A stretch of DNA of 64,000 nucleotides from Savitreella phatthalungensis. Lineage: Eukaryota. Shown one piece after another: positions 22,481 through 33,487 of this stretch. The stretch covers positions 186,001 to 250,000 of the forward strand of contig AP039702.1 in the NCBI GenBank assembly GCA_051599415.1, in the 5' to 3' direction. The translations under genes were made by a program, and so were the position numbers. The notes below the pieces were generated by a model. That model did not search any database. It was given only the letters and a program-made list of their open reading frames with translations, and was not told the origin of the DNA. The stretch's first letter is position 1. The number at the start of each line of letters is the position of its first letter.

Positions 22481-24832
22481 ATGCAAGCTATCAACGCAGT
22501 CTATACAGCTCTTGATCAAGGACGCTTCACACAGGCACTCTCGCAATGTGAGCGTGCACTGAAGCGGACGCCCGGCAACAAGCAGCTCATTTACCTCAAG
22601 CTCGTCTGTCTTGTCAACATTGGAGACGTCGACGCTGCCCTCAAGACCGCACAGGAACACATCGACGCCGAACAGGCAAAAGGTCCGTCGATTGACACGC
22701 TGACAGCAACCGCAGATCTGTTGAAGCATTTGTCAGACGACCGTGTCGATACTTTCCTCATCGAAGCTCTGTCCAATGCCTTTGAGCGCTCAAAGCGCGA
22801 TGAGAAGATCGGCAGGCTCTGGTTCATGAGCTGTGCACGAGCGGGACGCCCGGTCGAGCAACGGAAAGCAGCTGTCGAGCTGCAAAAGACGTTCGTTTCA
22901 CGGGACTACTTCTTCTGGACTGTCGTCTCTTTGTACCTGCTGTATACCAGACGCATAGGCGGTAGTAATCAGACCGATAAGCTTCTTCCCATGCTTCTCC
23001 ATCGCATGGTCGTCAAGGCAGCCACGAGCACGGACGAGCCAAGAATCAACACTTCCGAAGAGCTCTACCTCGCTGCCGAAATCCTGCAAGCACTCGAGAA
23101 GCACGAGGACTTGCTACAGCTGCTCACAGGAGAAACAGCCAAGAGAATTGCTCTGGCACCGGACGTCGCTTTGCTACACGCCGAGGTACTTGCCAACCTG
23201 GGCAGAACAGAAGAAGTTGCCACATTCTGTGTTGAGCGCATCACTGCTGGTCAGGATGATTGGCTTTTATATACTCGGCTCATAGAAGCTTCTGGCAAAG
23301 ATGCTTACAGGACAATCTCAAACCTCGATGTATCGAAGAAAAGTCGCAACCATCTCTTGGCCTTGGTCAGAGCCTCAGACGGCCCCGAAAACATATTGGT
23401 CGCGCTTGACCTTTATTGGAATGGGCTGAGACAATCTGCCGTTGTCTTTGAGGACATCTCGCCATACTTGAACACGCTGCCTCGTGAGAGACTGAAGGAG
23501 CTTTTCTTCAGCATGGATGCTGTGAATCTAGCATCTGCTCAGGATGTCATTGCAGCTTGCAATGTCTTACGCTTACGCTTTGCCTTCCAGCTCAGTGAGA
23601 ACTTGCAGAAGCGCTGCCTGGAGGTCTTCAGTACGGGCTTGAAGCACGGAACCGAGCTGAAGACTACGGACAACCAACCAGGCAACGATGCACTGCTTCT
23701 GCTTGCAGAATCTCTGACAACAACTTCCTCCTCTCAGGATGATCTACTCAAAGCAGTGGTAATTCTAGAGCACGGTGCACGCTTCTCAGTTCACGATTTC
23801 CAGATACGTCTGCGTCTAGTAGCGCTGTACCGCCGGCTAGGTGCATGGAATCTGGCTGCCGCACACCTCAAATCATTGAGCCTCAAACAGATGCAGCACG
23901 ACACGCTAGCACACCATCTGCTCGATGGAGCAGAGCTTGAGTACTTGTCGCCGGCACAACTGAATATTCTCGTCGAGGGTCAGCGTATATTTTCCTCGAA
24001 TGCAGAAGAAACGCCAGACATGCTTGCACTCGCGTACACCCGCCGGACGTACTCGAAGATTCCTGAGTTCGTGGACTTTCGAGAACGGCTGAGCCTGAGT
24101 CTGTGGCGGCGGCGGTCACAGCTAGCAATCTGTAGGCTCGCTGTGATCCTCGACAAGATCGGCATCGAGGACTCCTCAGCCTATGACAACATTCCAGAGG
24201 TGCTTATCGATAATCGCGCAACGAACGTGCTCAAGACCGCGATAGTTCACGATGTTCCGGGAATTGAGTCAACGGCAGCCCGCAAGGCAAAGCTAGCGTC
24301 AAAGGAAGAGCATTCCGGCATTAAGAGGAACCTGATTATGGCAAAGCAGCTAAGAGAACTGCTGACGAGTGGTAAGAAGGTCAGCGAGCAAGTGGACGAT
24401 GCTCAAACAGTGGAGCAAGCATTCGTCGCTGGTCTGTCCGCAATTGCGCGTGGCGAGAAGGAGGCAACAGCGAAAGCTTCAGCTGTCATCGCGATGCTCG
24501 TGCAGCAGCTGCAAGGCGAAACCCCAATCATGAATCGAGATTTGGTCGTCCGACTGGGTGGGGCAGCAGAGATCGTCAAGATCTTTGCGCTTGTGTCGAC
24601 CAAGCGACCCGGCCCGATCAAGACTGCGCTACAAGCAGATATCAAGACACTGGCTCTGGCAGCCACATCTGTTTGCGACAGAGTCAGCAAGATGCTCGAC
24701 ACAGCGCCGCAAACGGACATCGTCCTAGATCTCGCTGATGTGCAAGCATTAGAGACCTTGACCAAACTTCGTCGCGCACAACAAGAGACACTTGTTTGCG
24801 TGTCTTCTCTCATCAAGTCCGCCAGAGTATAG
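22481..24832 (+). CDS. MDM20: NatB N-acetyltransferase auxiliary subunit Mdm20/Naa25
   Basis: TPR-like N-terminus (AVYTALDQGRFTQAL), QRKAAVELQKTF..RDYFFW, SLSLKQMQHDTLAH, AYTRRTYSKIPEFVDFRERLSLS. Confidence 0.88.
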   Translation: MQAINAVYTALDQGRFTQALSQCERALKRTPGNKQLIYLKLVCLVNIGDVDAALKTAQEHIDAEQAKGPSIDTLTATADLLKHLSDDRVDTFLIEALSNAFERSKRDEKIGRLWFMSCARAGRPVEQRKAAVELQKTFVSRDYFFWTVVSLYLLYTRRIGGSNQTDKLLPMLLHRMVVKAATSTDEPRINTSEELYLAAEILQALEKHEDLLQLLTGETAKRIALAPDVALLHAEVLANLGRTEEVATFCVERITAGQDDWLLYTRLIEASGKDAYRTISNLDVSKKSRNHLLALVRASDGPENILVALDLYWNGLRQSAVVFEDISPYLNTLPRERLKELFFSMDAVNLASAQDVIAACNVLRLRFAFQLSENLQKRCLEVFSTGLKHGTELKTTDNQPGNDALLLLAESLTTTSSSQDDLLKAVVILEHGARFSVHDFQIRLRLVALYRRLGAWNLAAAHLKSLSLKQMQHDTLAHHLLDGAELEYLSPAQLNILVEGQRIFSSNAEETPDMLALAYTRRTYSKIPEFVDFRERLSLSLWRRRSQLAICRLAVILDKIGIEDSSAYDNIPEVLIDNRATNVLKTAIVHDVPGIESTAARKAKLASKEEHSGIKRNLIMAKQLRELLTSGKKVSEQVDDAQTVEQAFVAGLSAIARGEKEATAKASAVIAMLVQQLQGETPIMNRDLVVRLGGAAEIVKIFALVSTKRPGPIKTALQADIKTLALAATSVCDRVSKMLDTAPQTDIVLDLADVQALETLTKLRRAQQETLVCVSSLIKSARV

Positions 24833-25122
24833 ACAACACGGGCACCGCAGAAGTGTACTGGTACATAATCATAGACGGGTAACCTGACTGGTCATAGCAT
24901 TCTGCATATCTTGATACTGGTCAGCCTTGACACACTCCAAGACACTCCTGACTATCTTTCTCCAGGAATATACAGCATTGTGTTTTTGGCTGCAATAGCA
25001 TAACAGACCCAGGTTGACGTATCCCACGTCGTAAAAAGAAAGCATGTGATCGACGAGACATATAGCAGAACAGATACCCTTGAGCGAGCTCTATTGCTGC
25101 CACTTGAGTCAGTAAGCTGCCT

Positions 25123-25804
25123 ATGGATCGTATCACCTTCGTCACAGGCAATGCGAATAAGCTTGCAGAAGTGGAGCATATCTTAGGTCCTTCCGTGTCG
25201 TTGCGCTCACAAGCCATCGATTGTAAGTCATCATCCAGAATTTGACATTGCCCTCTCGATGTGAGCATTAAGCTGATAGCTTTTCCTAGTACCGGAGACA
25301 CAAGGCACGATCAATGAAGTAGCTCGAGCGAAGTGCCTGGCAGCCGCAGAAATTGTCGGCGGCCCAGTCTTGACAGAAGACACCTCATTACATTTCCGTG
25401 CGCTGTCACCTCAAGCTACCGACGACCGTGGTTCGGAACTTCCTGGCCCGTACATCAAATGGTTTCTCCGTGACCTCGGGCTTGATGGTCTCAACACCAT
25501 GCTCGCTGGGTTTGACGATAAGCGTGCAGTCGCCATCTGCACCTTCGCCTACTGCGAAGGACCATCATCATTCAACGGAGTACAACACCCGGTCCTGCTG
25601 TTCAGGGGGGAGTGCGAGGGAAACATCGTCCGCTCTCGAGGCTCTACGGCATTCGGGTGGGACGCCATCTTCGAATGCCCAGAGCTAGACAACAAGACGT
25701 TCGGAGAAGCGACAAAGCAGGAAAAGGCGACGGTCAGCCATCGATATAGAGCGCTCGCTAAGCTTCGCGAGCACCTTGAAGCACAGACTCAAAATTCACA
25801 CTGA
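25123..25804 (+). CDS. HAM1: Inosine triphosphate pyrophosphatase Ham1/ITPA; intron 25223..25289
   Basis: Exon 1 MDRITFVTGNANKLAEV...QAID; 67-nt intron GTAAGT..GCTGAT..TAG; then LPETQG..AKC..GPVLTEDTSL, LPGPYIKWF, FGWDAIF, SHR motif. Confidence 0.95.
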
Positions 25805-25854
25805 GACAGAGTCAACAGCAGCAGGATCGTCTCTCATAAAATAGTGTACATACG

Positions 25855-26739
25855 TCATGGGTAAGGCCGGCTGCGCCGACTATTCTCATCAATCATCGCT
25901 CTCGCCCCAGCCAAGCGTTGCAGACTGCTGCCAGATGCCGCACTTGCTGTTACAGCCTTAGCAGAGGCATGTGCTGCATCTCTGGAGGAGCCGAAGATGC
26001 TGGTCTTTGGCTTAGATGGTGCTTCTACCGGACTTGCCATCGACTTCTTCAGGCCACCGAGCGATATCTTGATCTTCTGCTCGGGCGCTCGGGCCGATAA
26101 TAGTATGTGTTCAGGCTTGGCATCAGGCTGCTCCGCCGCGATGTCGTTGGCGCTCAAAGTATCTGACTCTCTATCTCTGACTGCCTTGTCGCGATTAGCC
26201 CGCGCAATCTGCTGTTCTATCAATGCTTGCGCACGCTCCTCATCTCCGCGCTCCATTCTCTCCTTCCGTTTGATGTAATCCTGTCTTGCTAGCGCCTCAG
26301 GGCTGTTGTCAATCCATGCGACAAACAACCCTCCCTTGTCATCCTCATCGACCCTGCAGATTCCTTCTCTGCCGAGACCTTTGATGAATTCTGATAGAGT
26401 CTTCCAATGGGTTGCATTCATGTGAACATGCTCCTTGTTCGCGATATACTCCTGGTAGAACTGGTTGGCGCCAACACGCTTCTCACCGTGACTCGTCCGC
26501 AGAAGCGACAGGAAATCGCTCTTGAACTGTCGGGAGTACTCGCTCAAGTGCCTACCCGGATTCTCTCCGATCAGCAGCATCTGACGGTAGTGAGGTTCAC
26601 TATTCACATGCATCTTGAAACCATTCTCATCACGCATCTGGCGTTCACAAGCCTGGCAGTACCAGCGCAGACGCTGCAGTCCTTTCGACCGCATTCGATT
26701 CGCCAAGTATTTAGGCGTACCAATCTCTGCCTTACCCAT
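25855..26739 (-). CDS. RTS2: Kin17/Rts2 zinc-finger nucleic-acid-binding protein
   Basis: MGKAEIGTPKYLANRMRSKGLQRLRWYCQACERQMRDENGFKMH, HVHMNATHWKTLSEF. Confidence 0.94.
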   Translation of the reverse strand: MGKAEIGTPKYLANRMRSKGLQRLRWYCQACERQMRDENGFKMHVNSEPHYRQMLLIGENPGRHLSEYSRQFKSDFLSLLRTSHGEKRVGANQFYQEYIANKEHVHMNATHWKTLSEFIKGLGREGICRVDEDDKGGLFVAWIDNSPEALARQDYIKRKERMERGDEERAQALIEQQIARANRDKAVRDRESDTLSANDIAAEQPDAKPEHILLSARAPEQKIKISLGGLKKSMASPVEAPSKPKTSIFGSSRDAAHASAKAVTASAASGSSLQRLAGARAMIDENSRRSRPYP

Positions 26740-26924
26740 CGTGACACCACAGTCGAAGCGACGATCAGCGAACCTCCAAAATGTCCAGTCAGGGTGGTTG
26801 CGCTGAGAGGAGATCACTTGGTAGAGTGAGGTACCTCTACTTGTACGTGACCGGTCACCAATTTGCTGAAGCATGTTGCTAAATTTGGATCACCAACCAA
26901 AACAGTTGGAGCACGTGCACATCA

Positions 26925-27905
26925 ATGACGTCGCTGTATCCAAGCAAGCATCAGTACAAGACACAGCAGACACAGAGTACACCTTACGCCTGCAGGAGGC
27001 CGCACAGATGGCTTCTTCATCGCAGGGATCAGGCCTTGGCTGATGAGATGGGATGTCTTCCATGCCGCCAGAGTTCCGGCATGATGCAGCATCGCGAAGA
27101 AGGACAAGACGATCAAATAGATGATCAGCCGCGGTTGTTTCATCTACTGCATCATCTCGCAAGGCTAGCCTTCACACAAGACGTGCTATTTGCGAGGCTA
27201 CCATGTGAGTTCTATCATACTTCGCTCCGAGACTTTGCTTGGGGATGCGGTTATCGAAATATACAAATGCTCCTATCGAGTCTGCCTCCTGGGTCCATCA
27301 AAGATCGTGAGCTGGCAAAGCGCGTTACCAATGCAACCGTCGCTCAGCTACAAATACTCATAGAAGAAGCATGGCAGGCTGGATTTGACGAAGAGGGAGC
27401 CCGGCATTTTCGTCGCACCTTGAAAGGTAAGCGATCATGGATCGGCACCACAGAAGTGTACGCTCTTTTGACGTATCTGTGGCTCGATGCAAGGATCGAG
27501 CAATTCAGCGGCGCTCATCGGGCTGATGGATTGCTCGGAGCTTGTCAAAGACATTTCTCCCAAGATGGAGTTACTGGTCCTCTGTACTTCCAGCATCAGG
27601 GTCACTCACGGACCATTATCGGCTACATTGAGAGTCGGTCATCGAATGGCGCCTCGCTAGTTGTTCTGGATCCAGCTAAGCGAGTAGGCGCGAAAGTGGG
27701 GGAACTGCTACTGCTTGAAACTCAGGAGCTCCACAGACTCGAGATCAGCCTGTCAGAGGCGCGTGACATGCTCGCACCGTTCCTCGTAACTGTGAAAGAT
27801 CTCAGACTGCGGGACTACCAGACGCTCAGAATTGAGCTACAGTCGAGCCCCTTGTCAGAGAGCCAGCGTGAAATTCGCAAGCACATTCCAGGGACTCGTG
27901 GATGA
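26925..27905 (+). CDS. ZUFSP/ZUP1-type deubiquitinase (peptidase C78; Mug105-like)
   Basis: Catalytic WGCGYRNIQML, EEAWQAGFDEEG, WIGTTEV, LYFQHQGHSRTIIG, VLDP. Start codon uncertain. Confidence 0.88.
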   Translation: MTSLYPSKHQYKTQQTQSTPYACRRPHRWLLHRRDQALADEMGCLPCRQSSGMMQHREEGQDDQIDDQPRLFHLLHHLARLAFTQDVLFARLPCEFYHTSLRDFAWGCGYRNIQMLLSSLPPGSIKDRELAKRVTNATVAQLQILIEEAWQAGFDEEGARHFRRTLKGKRSWIGTTEVYALLTYLWLDARIEQFSGAHRADGLLGACQRHFSQDGVTGPLYFQHQGHSRTIIGYIESRSSNGASLVVLDPAKRVGAKVGELLLLETQELHRLEISLSEARDMLAPFLVTVKDLRLRDYQTLRIELQSSPLSESQREIRKHIPGTRG

Positions 27906-28366
27906 ACTCGCTGACGCCGAACCAATGTATCACTAGTCATCATTCAGCATGAGAGCCTCTGTGCGAGAGTGTGTCAACTGTATGTATGTATAGCCATGCA
28001 TGCGGTGTAAGGTGTGATTGTTTTTGACAGCTGAATTAGACATTGGCACGTGAGATGTCAACAGTGGCGTTCTTCAATTGTGCAACGGAGCAACCATTCT
28101 CACGTCTTATCTTCCTCTTCCATTTACTCACTCAATCACTCAGTCTTCGGGAGTTGAGTCAGTCAGTGCGCCCTGCCTCTACCTCTACGCCAGCAATAGT
28201 CCTCCCAGTTATCCTCCTTACAGACCTTTCACTTTCCATATCCTCGAGAGCTCTTGCACTCTTCCTCTCGAGCCTACAAAAGCAGTCGGCATCTCTCAAC
28301 AACACAACAAAGAATCCATCAGCAATCACTTCATCCCTAGTCCCCAATCATCTTCTCTTCTAAAGC

Positions 28367-30292
28367 ATGTCGAGTCCATCATCTACAGCAGACAGTCCGT
28401 CCAACAAGTCTACTTGCAACGTCATCGAAGCCTTAGCCACCACCGACACCGAGCATATTACTCCACTGACACCTAGCGCAGGGTCAAAGTACCTTCAGCA
28501 TCAACAGCTTCAGTCAAGTGTTACCAAGTCCTCCCAGCAACTCAAAGATGAACTCCGAGCGCTGCGTAGCGCTGACACCTTGTTGGAGTCACCAACTCAT
28601 CAGCTGCGCCCTCGTTCGGATGACTCATCACGTCCAAGCCTCCTGACAGCATCCAAAGCTCACAATGACACTTCCACCAACACCCAAGCGGAGTGGAAGG
28701 CACTCCTCGGTACCCTTCCCACTCCTCAAAATCGTCTCTATATCGACCTCTCATCTGCCGAGAGCTCAGCCTTCGCTTCTAATTCAAATTATACTGGCAA
28801 ATCTTCATTCACCCGTTCCAGTCAGTCAGCGACAGTTGGTGGCTCTTCACCCTCCGCTCCGTCACTTGGTCCTCACACTCCCCCTCAGCTTTGGCCTGAC
28901 ACTTCCCCTCTCAAAGCACTTGACGATAATGTACCTTACGTTGCACCGACACTCCGCAAGACATTGCTGACTGGACGTGCACAGGACGTGGCGAGCTCCG
29001 ATCACAAGTCTGCGCGCCCACAATCGTCACGCTGGATCAAGATTGGTGGTATTCCCCCAAGTTTGAATCAGCCAACACTCATGCTTGCCTTACTCAACGA
29101 TTTTGGTCCACTCATTGGAATCTGGAGGAACGAAGCCGTTGCGGATGAAACATTTGCTGGCTACTACGACTTTCGTTCGGCCCGACAGGCGATGATACAG
29201 CTCGATGCCGGCGAGAACAAGGTAGGCGTCCCATTTCCTACTCGGTTCATGGAGTTCTCTGCCTTGCCGAACTACATTACGCGGCCTTGCAACAACATGC
29301 TCGAGTGTAACGATGGCATCATCCGCATCGATATGAGCAATAATCAAACTCGTGCATTCCCATCATTGCTGCAGCAGTTTTGTCTGGCTCACGGCGAACT
29401 GGCTTCCTTTGTTGTACAGCCTGACTTGACGGCGTGTAGCGTCGAATTCTTCGATTGCCGCGCTGCAGCTTCTTCCTTAGGACGCCTCCGAGCCGCGAAC
29501 ATCAGCTGTGACCTCAAAATTCGCACGCCACCCATCACAGCTCCTTCTGTCTCCTATTTTGCGCCACATGAAGAGCCAGTCACCCCGATTCGCCGTCCAG
29601 CCAATGTTGCCAGTGCGCCCGTGGCTCTCTCAGCTGCAATGACTGGGATTGCCCAGCGCCGGCCGCCGTCTGCCATGCAGCGGTCGGCCTCGCATGACTC
29701 GCCCAGCGATGGCACACCTTCACGCAGCGCAACGCCATCATCTCTCGGAGTCCGGCCGACAGAGCCGGCCAACCGCATCGGATACATGGATATCGTACGT
29801 TGTTTGGATTCACGGACAACCGTCATGGTCAAGAACATCCCGAATCGCATGACACAGCCTGAGTTCAAGGATTTTGTCGATCTCGAGTGCGCAGGTCAGT
29901 ATGACTTCTTGTACCTGCGCTTTGACTTCGCCAACAGGTGCAACGTTGGTTACGCCTTTATCAATTTCCTCTCGCCTATATCAATCATCCAATTTGCTCG
30001 CGCACGCCTCGGCGTTGCTTGGAATGTCCATGCCTCCGAAAAGATTGCGGACATCTGCTACGCCAATATTCAAGGTCGCGACCGTTTGGTCGAGAAGTTC
30101 CGAAATTCGAATGTCATGGACGTCGACGAGGCCTATCGTCCGCGCGTCTACAAAGATGGCAGGGAAGTGTCGTTTCCACGACCCAACAACATGCGGAAGA
30201 AAGAGATCTCAGCCAAACACGCTGCTGAAATGGGTCTCTTCCAAGCGACCACGACTGCCTCCAAGACCGTGTCATCAATCTCCCTTCGCTGA
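28367..30292 (+). CDS. mei2: Mei2-like RRM RNA-binding meiosis regulator
   Basis: Diagnostic RRM3 DSRTTVMVKNIPN..YDFLYLRFDFANRCNVGYAFINF..YANIQG..KFRNSNVM, two upstream RRMs (YYDFRSA, VEFFDCRAA). Confidence 0.92.
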   Translation: MSSPSSTADSPSNKSTCNVIEALATTDTEHITPLTPSAGSKYLQHQQLQSSVTKSSQQLKDELRALRSADTLLESPTHQLRPRSDDSSRPSLLTASKAHNDTSTNTQAEWKALLGTLPTPQNRLYIDLSSAESSAFASNSNYTGKSSFTRSSQSATVGGSSPSAPSLGPHTPPQLWPDTSPLKALDDNVPYVAPTLRKTLLTGRAQDVASSDHKSARPQSSRWIKIGGIPPSLNQPTLMLALLNDFGPLIGIWRNEAVADETFAGYYDFRSARQAMIQLDAGENKVGVPFPTRFMEFSALPNYITRPCNNMLECNDGIIRIDMSNNQTRAFPSLLQQFCLAHGELASFVVQPDLTACSVEFFDCRAAASSLGRLRAANISCDLKIRTPPITAPSVSYFAPHEEPVTPIRRPANVASAPVALSAAMTGIAQRRPPSAMQRSASHDSPSDGTPSRSATPSSLGVRPTEPANRIGYMDIVRCLDSRTTVMVKNIPNRMTQPEFKDFVDLECAGQYDFLYLRFDFANRCNVGYAFINFLSPISIIQFARARLGVAWNVHASEKIADICYANIQGRDRLVEKFRNSNVMDVDEAYRPRVYKDGREVSFPRPNNMRKKEISAKHAAEMGLFQATTTASKTVSSISLR

Positions 30293-30538
30293 ATCAATCA
30301 GGCTTCAATACACGTCATCTCACCTGTTCGTCTGCTATTGCGATAAGCTCAAATTTACTCAACACGACATGCCAACTCTTTTGCTACGCTTTTTGCCACG
30401 CTTTTTGCTCGACATTTTGCTCTCTAGCTCTCATATGTGCTCTACGCACACAACTGTGTTTGTTTCGCTGCTCTTTTTATGTCATCCAATCTTTATACTC
30501 CTGTCCATACAGTGCTCGTGTCAAAAACGTTCGTGGCT

Positions 30539-33487
30539 CTATTTGAGTAGTGATTTGAGCGACAGGAGCTTCTTTGCCAAGTCGTTACCTTGCTTCGACA
30601 GACTTCCACTGAGTGAGAGTGAGGCGAGATCGCGTTTCTGCTTCTGGAGGGCGAGCATTGTCTGCTCGATACTTCCCTCGATGATGTACCTTGTCGCGAC
30701 GACCTCTCTCGTCTGACCTATTCTATGCACACGGTCAATCGCCTGTGCCTCGACCGACGGATTCCAACTTGGCTCCATCACAAACACCCTCGACGCCCTC
30801 GTCAAATTCAACCCAACTCCACCAGCCCTCGTCGACACCAAAATCCCAAGCGTTCCATCGCCATCACCACTCAACCGCTCCAGCGCTCTGCTCCTCTCCT
30901 CGCGAGACATCCCACCTTCCAATCTCGCGTGCACCATCCCCCGCTCATCCAGCGCACCGGAAACGAGGTTCAAGAAACTCGTAAACTGGCTAAACACAAC
31001 CCACTTGACACCAGGCGAGTGATCGCGCAAGTACTCGAGATCCCTCATCAGCGCCGCCAGCTTAGTCGATTTTGCACTATCCTGACGACGGCGAGGTTTC
31101 TGAGTCTGGGGTGGACGGGGAACGATCGGCGTAGGAGCGAAAGGCGTAGGTGCAAGGCAGTCGCGCACAGGACACCGTTTCGGAAGGCGTTTAGCGAGGG
31201 CGTTGGCGTGGGAGATGCAGAAACAGTGCATGCAGCTCTCGTTGAACGTCGGAAGCCCGTTCTCCGTCTCAGAGTCAGAGTCGTCTGAAGCATCAGGTAT
31301 GTCGATAGCCGCGTCAATCACGGGGTCGCCACATGTTGCACATGTCTGTCCAGCGAACAGGTCACCGAGGTCTTGTGGTTTGTCGGTGGTATTGGGGTCA
31401 CCGTCCATGTCAGCCAAGATACCTGTATGTATGCAGATCTGGCGCAGCCGATTGATGCACTGAAGAACGTTCAGCGTCGATATCTTGTCTCCCTGAACAC
31501 GCATCCGGCGCTGGTATTGCTCGAGGTGGTCGTCGTACAGTTTCTTTTCCCTATCGTCGAGCTGTAGCATTCGAAGCTCCTCGGTCCGCGGAGGCAACTC
31601 CATCAGCCGCTCACCCTGACTGTCGCGCAGGTCTTTCGTCCGTCGGAGGCATGTCATCTTTAGAAGCGTCTGCAGCCGGTTTAGTGCGATGGGTTGGCCA
31701 CTCTTCATGGGACCTGTGATGTACTGCGCCCATACTGCTCGATTGTCGAATGGATCAAGGTGCAAGAAGGCAAACAAGGCAGCAAGATCGTTCAAGCTGT
31801 TGTGAACCGGAGATGCAGTGACTGCCCACCGATTGAGTCCACCGAGCTGTGCAGCAGCTTGTGATTGCTGGGTGGTGATGTCCTTGATCTGGTGTGCCTC
31901 GTCGAGGACGATCCGGTAGAAGTCGACCTCAGGCAATACATATGGCTTCTCACTCGCCGTCTTCCATCGCTTGAACTCATTCGCCACGAGCGCGTACGTC
32001 GTCAGAATCACGTCGTACTGCTTCAGCTCAGCTGCTTCGAACGTCCGTGTCTTCCCATGGTCAATCAGGATCGAAAGTGATCCCTTACTGTGCTCGTCAA
32101 TCTGACCAGCCCAATTCGACAGGACAGACAGCGGAGCTACGATCAAGGTGGCTTTCGTTCGCGGACGGATAGCATCAGCATGCTGTACAAATGCGTCTGC
32201 GCTAGCTTTAGATGCACAGATGAGCGAAATGATGCTGAGCGTCTTGCCGAGACCCATCTCGTCTGCTAGGATGCCTCCTCGCATCATTCTTGGCCGCTTC
32301 TGTAGGACCTGTGGAGTGATGACATTCCGCCAAACGGTTCTTCCTTCGTGAATGGCTTTGCGCCATACCTGGTGATCTTGCTGCTCGATCGTGTCCTGCT
32401 CGTGCTGCAAGCAGAATGTCAATGCCTGCCGCTGATGGCGGAGCAGCTGCGTCTTGAGTTCCTCGGGTGTCTCATGCTCAGGCAAATCGAGCGAGTCTCG
32501 CAGCTGATCGAAAAGTCCTTGTATCTCACTACTGAGCTCCTCTGCTGTCTTGAAGATTGAGGTACCCGTCTGCGATGAGCCAAGTCCATTCGCTCCAGCG
32601 GCAGGCTTGAAGCTGTGACGGACGTGGGGATTCGTGTAAGCCAAGGACGTATCATAGTTGACGGGCGTCACAAGGAAACAATTCTTTTGGGAAAGGATGA
32701 TACCGATCTTCTCAAGATTCATCGCATCACCGTACAGCACGAGCTCGAGCGACAGCACCATGCTCTTGCCTGATTCGCCTCCGACCTGCTCGTCTGGCTT
32801 TCGTGGACGTGTCGGTACTCGAGCTGATATGTCGACCAGCTTGAGATCCACCAATCGAGAAACAGCAGCAGCGCTCTCGCTTGTCAGCACGCCGAAGCGT
32901 GAGCCACGGGCAGACACAAAGATAATGCTGCCATTGCCTCTGGCAAGCTCGCAAGGGATTGCTGGCCACTGTGTGGGTAGAATAGCTTGAGCATGAGGGA
33001 CTGCAAAAGCATTGACATGTGCCTTGAGCATTCCAAAGCAGACACGTTGCTCGCTCTTGGTTGCAGCGCCAACGAGAATCAGATCGTCTTCGTCGTCATC
33101 GGAAACGGCGATCGTTTCTGCCTGCTTCCGCACATGCTTGAGACTCCGCCCTTGTCGGCGTGCCTCCTCTTCAGCTTTCTTGCTTGCCTCTTGCAGCTCT
33201 TTGCCGACAATACCTGTCGTGCGCGTCTGAACTTCTTTTCCGGGAGGTTTCGTGCTGTCCTTGACCCGTGGCTTCTCAGCTTCTGGCTTACGATCACGCA
33301 CTCCGTACAATCTCTCCAGTGATGTAGTCTGATTGATATCCTTCTCAGGACTGGACGTACGCTTTCTCAGGAGAGCAGCTTTAGGATTTAACAGTAGCTT
33401 GGGATCAAAGGCGCCATCTTTGTCTCCTGCTTTACCTCCACTCGAAGCCACTCTTGACTTGGCCTCACCATTCCTCGCACGCTTCAT
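30539..33487 (-). CDS. SNF2-family Rad5/Rad16-like ATPase with RING insertion
   Basis: GGILADEMGLGKT, RIVLDEAH, CLRRTK, RING-like CATC..SCMHCFC..CPVRDC, VVFSQF, GGVGLNLT, QAIDRVHRIGQ. Confidence 0.92.
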   Translation of the reverse strand: MKRARNGEAKSRVASSGGKAGDKDGAFDPKLLLNPKAALLRKRTSSPEKDINQTTSLERLYGVRDRKPEAEKPRVKDSTKPPGKEVQTRTTGIVGKELQEASKKAEEEARRQGRSLKHVRKQAETIAVSDDDEDDLILVGAATKSEQRVCFGMLKAHVNAFAVPHAQAILPTQWPAIPCELARGNGSIIFVSARGSRFGVLTSESAAAVSRLVDLKLVDISARVPTRPRKPDEQVGGESGKSMVLSLELVLYGDAMNLEKIGIILSQKNCFLVTPVNYDTSLAYTNPHVRHSFKPAAGANGLGSSQTGTSIFKTAEELSSEIQGLFDQLRDSLDLPEHETPEELKTQLLRHQRQALTFCLQHEQDTIEQQDHQVWRKAIHEGRTVWRNVITPQVLQKRPRMMRGGILADEMGLGKTLSIISLICASKASADAFVQHADAIRPRTKATLIVAPLSVLSNWAGQIDEHSKGSLSILIDHGKTRTFEAAELKQYDVILTTYALVANEFKRWKTASEKPYVLPEVDFYRIVLDEAHQIKDITTQQSQAAAQLGGLNRWAVTASPVHNSLNDLAALFAFLHLDPFDNRAVWAQYITGPMKSGQPIALNRLQTLLKMTCLRRTKDLRDSQGERLMELPPRTEELRMLQLDDREKKLYDDHLEQYQRRMRVQGDKISTLNVLQCINRLRQICIHTGILADMDGDPNTTDKPQDLGDLFAGQTCATCGDPVIDAAIDIPDASDDSDSETENGLPTFNESCMHCFCISHANALAKRLPKRCPVRDCLAPTPFAPTPIVPRPPQTQKPRRRQDSAKSTKLAALMRDLEYLRDHSPGVKWVVFSQFTSFLNLVSGALDERGMVHARLEGGMSREERSRALERLSGDGDGTLGILVSTRAGGVGLNLTRASRVFVMEPSWNPSVEAQAIDRVHRIGQTREVVATRYIIEGSIEQTMLALQKQKRDLASLSLSGSLSKQGNDLAKKLLSLKSLLK

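Noticed and set aside
29874..30716. 280-aa ORF spanning the mei2 3' end and helicase stop
   Set aside because: Non-ATG start, overlaps two real genes, low-complexity UTR-like translation.
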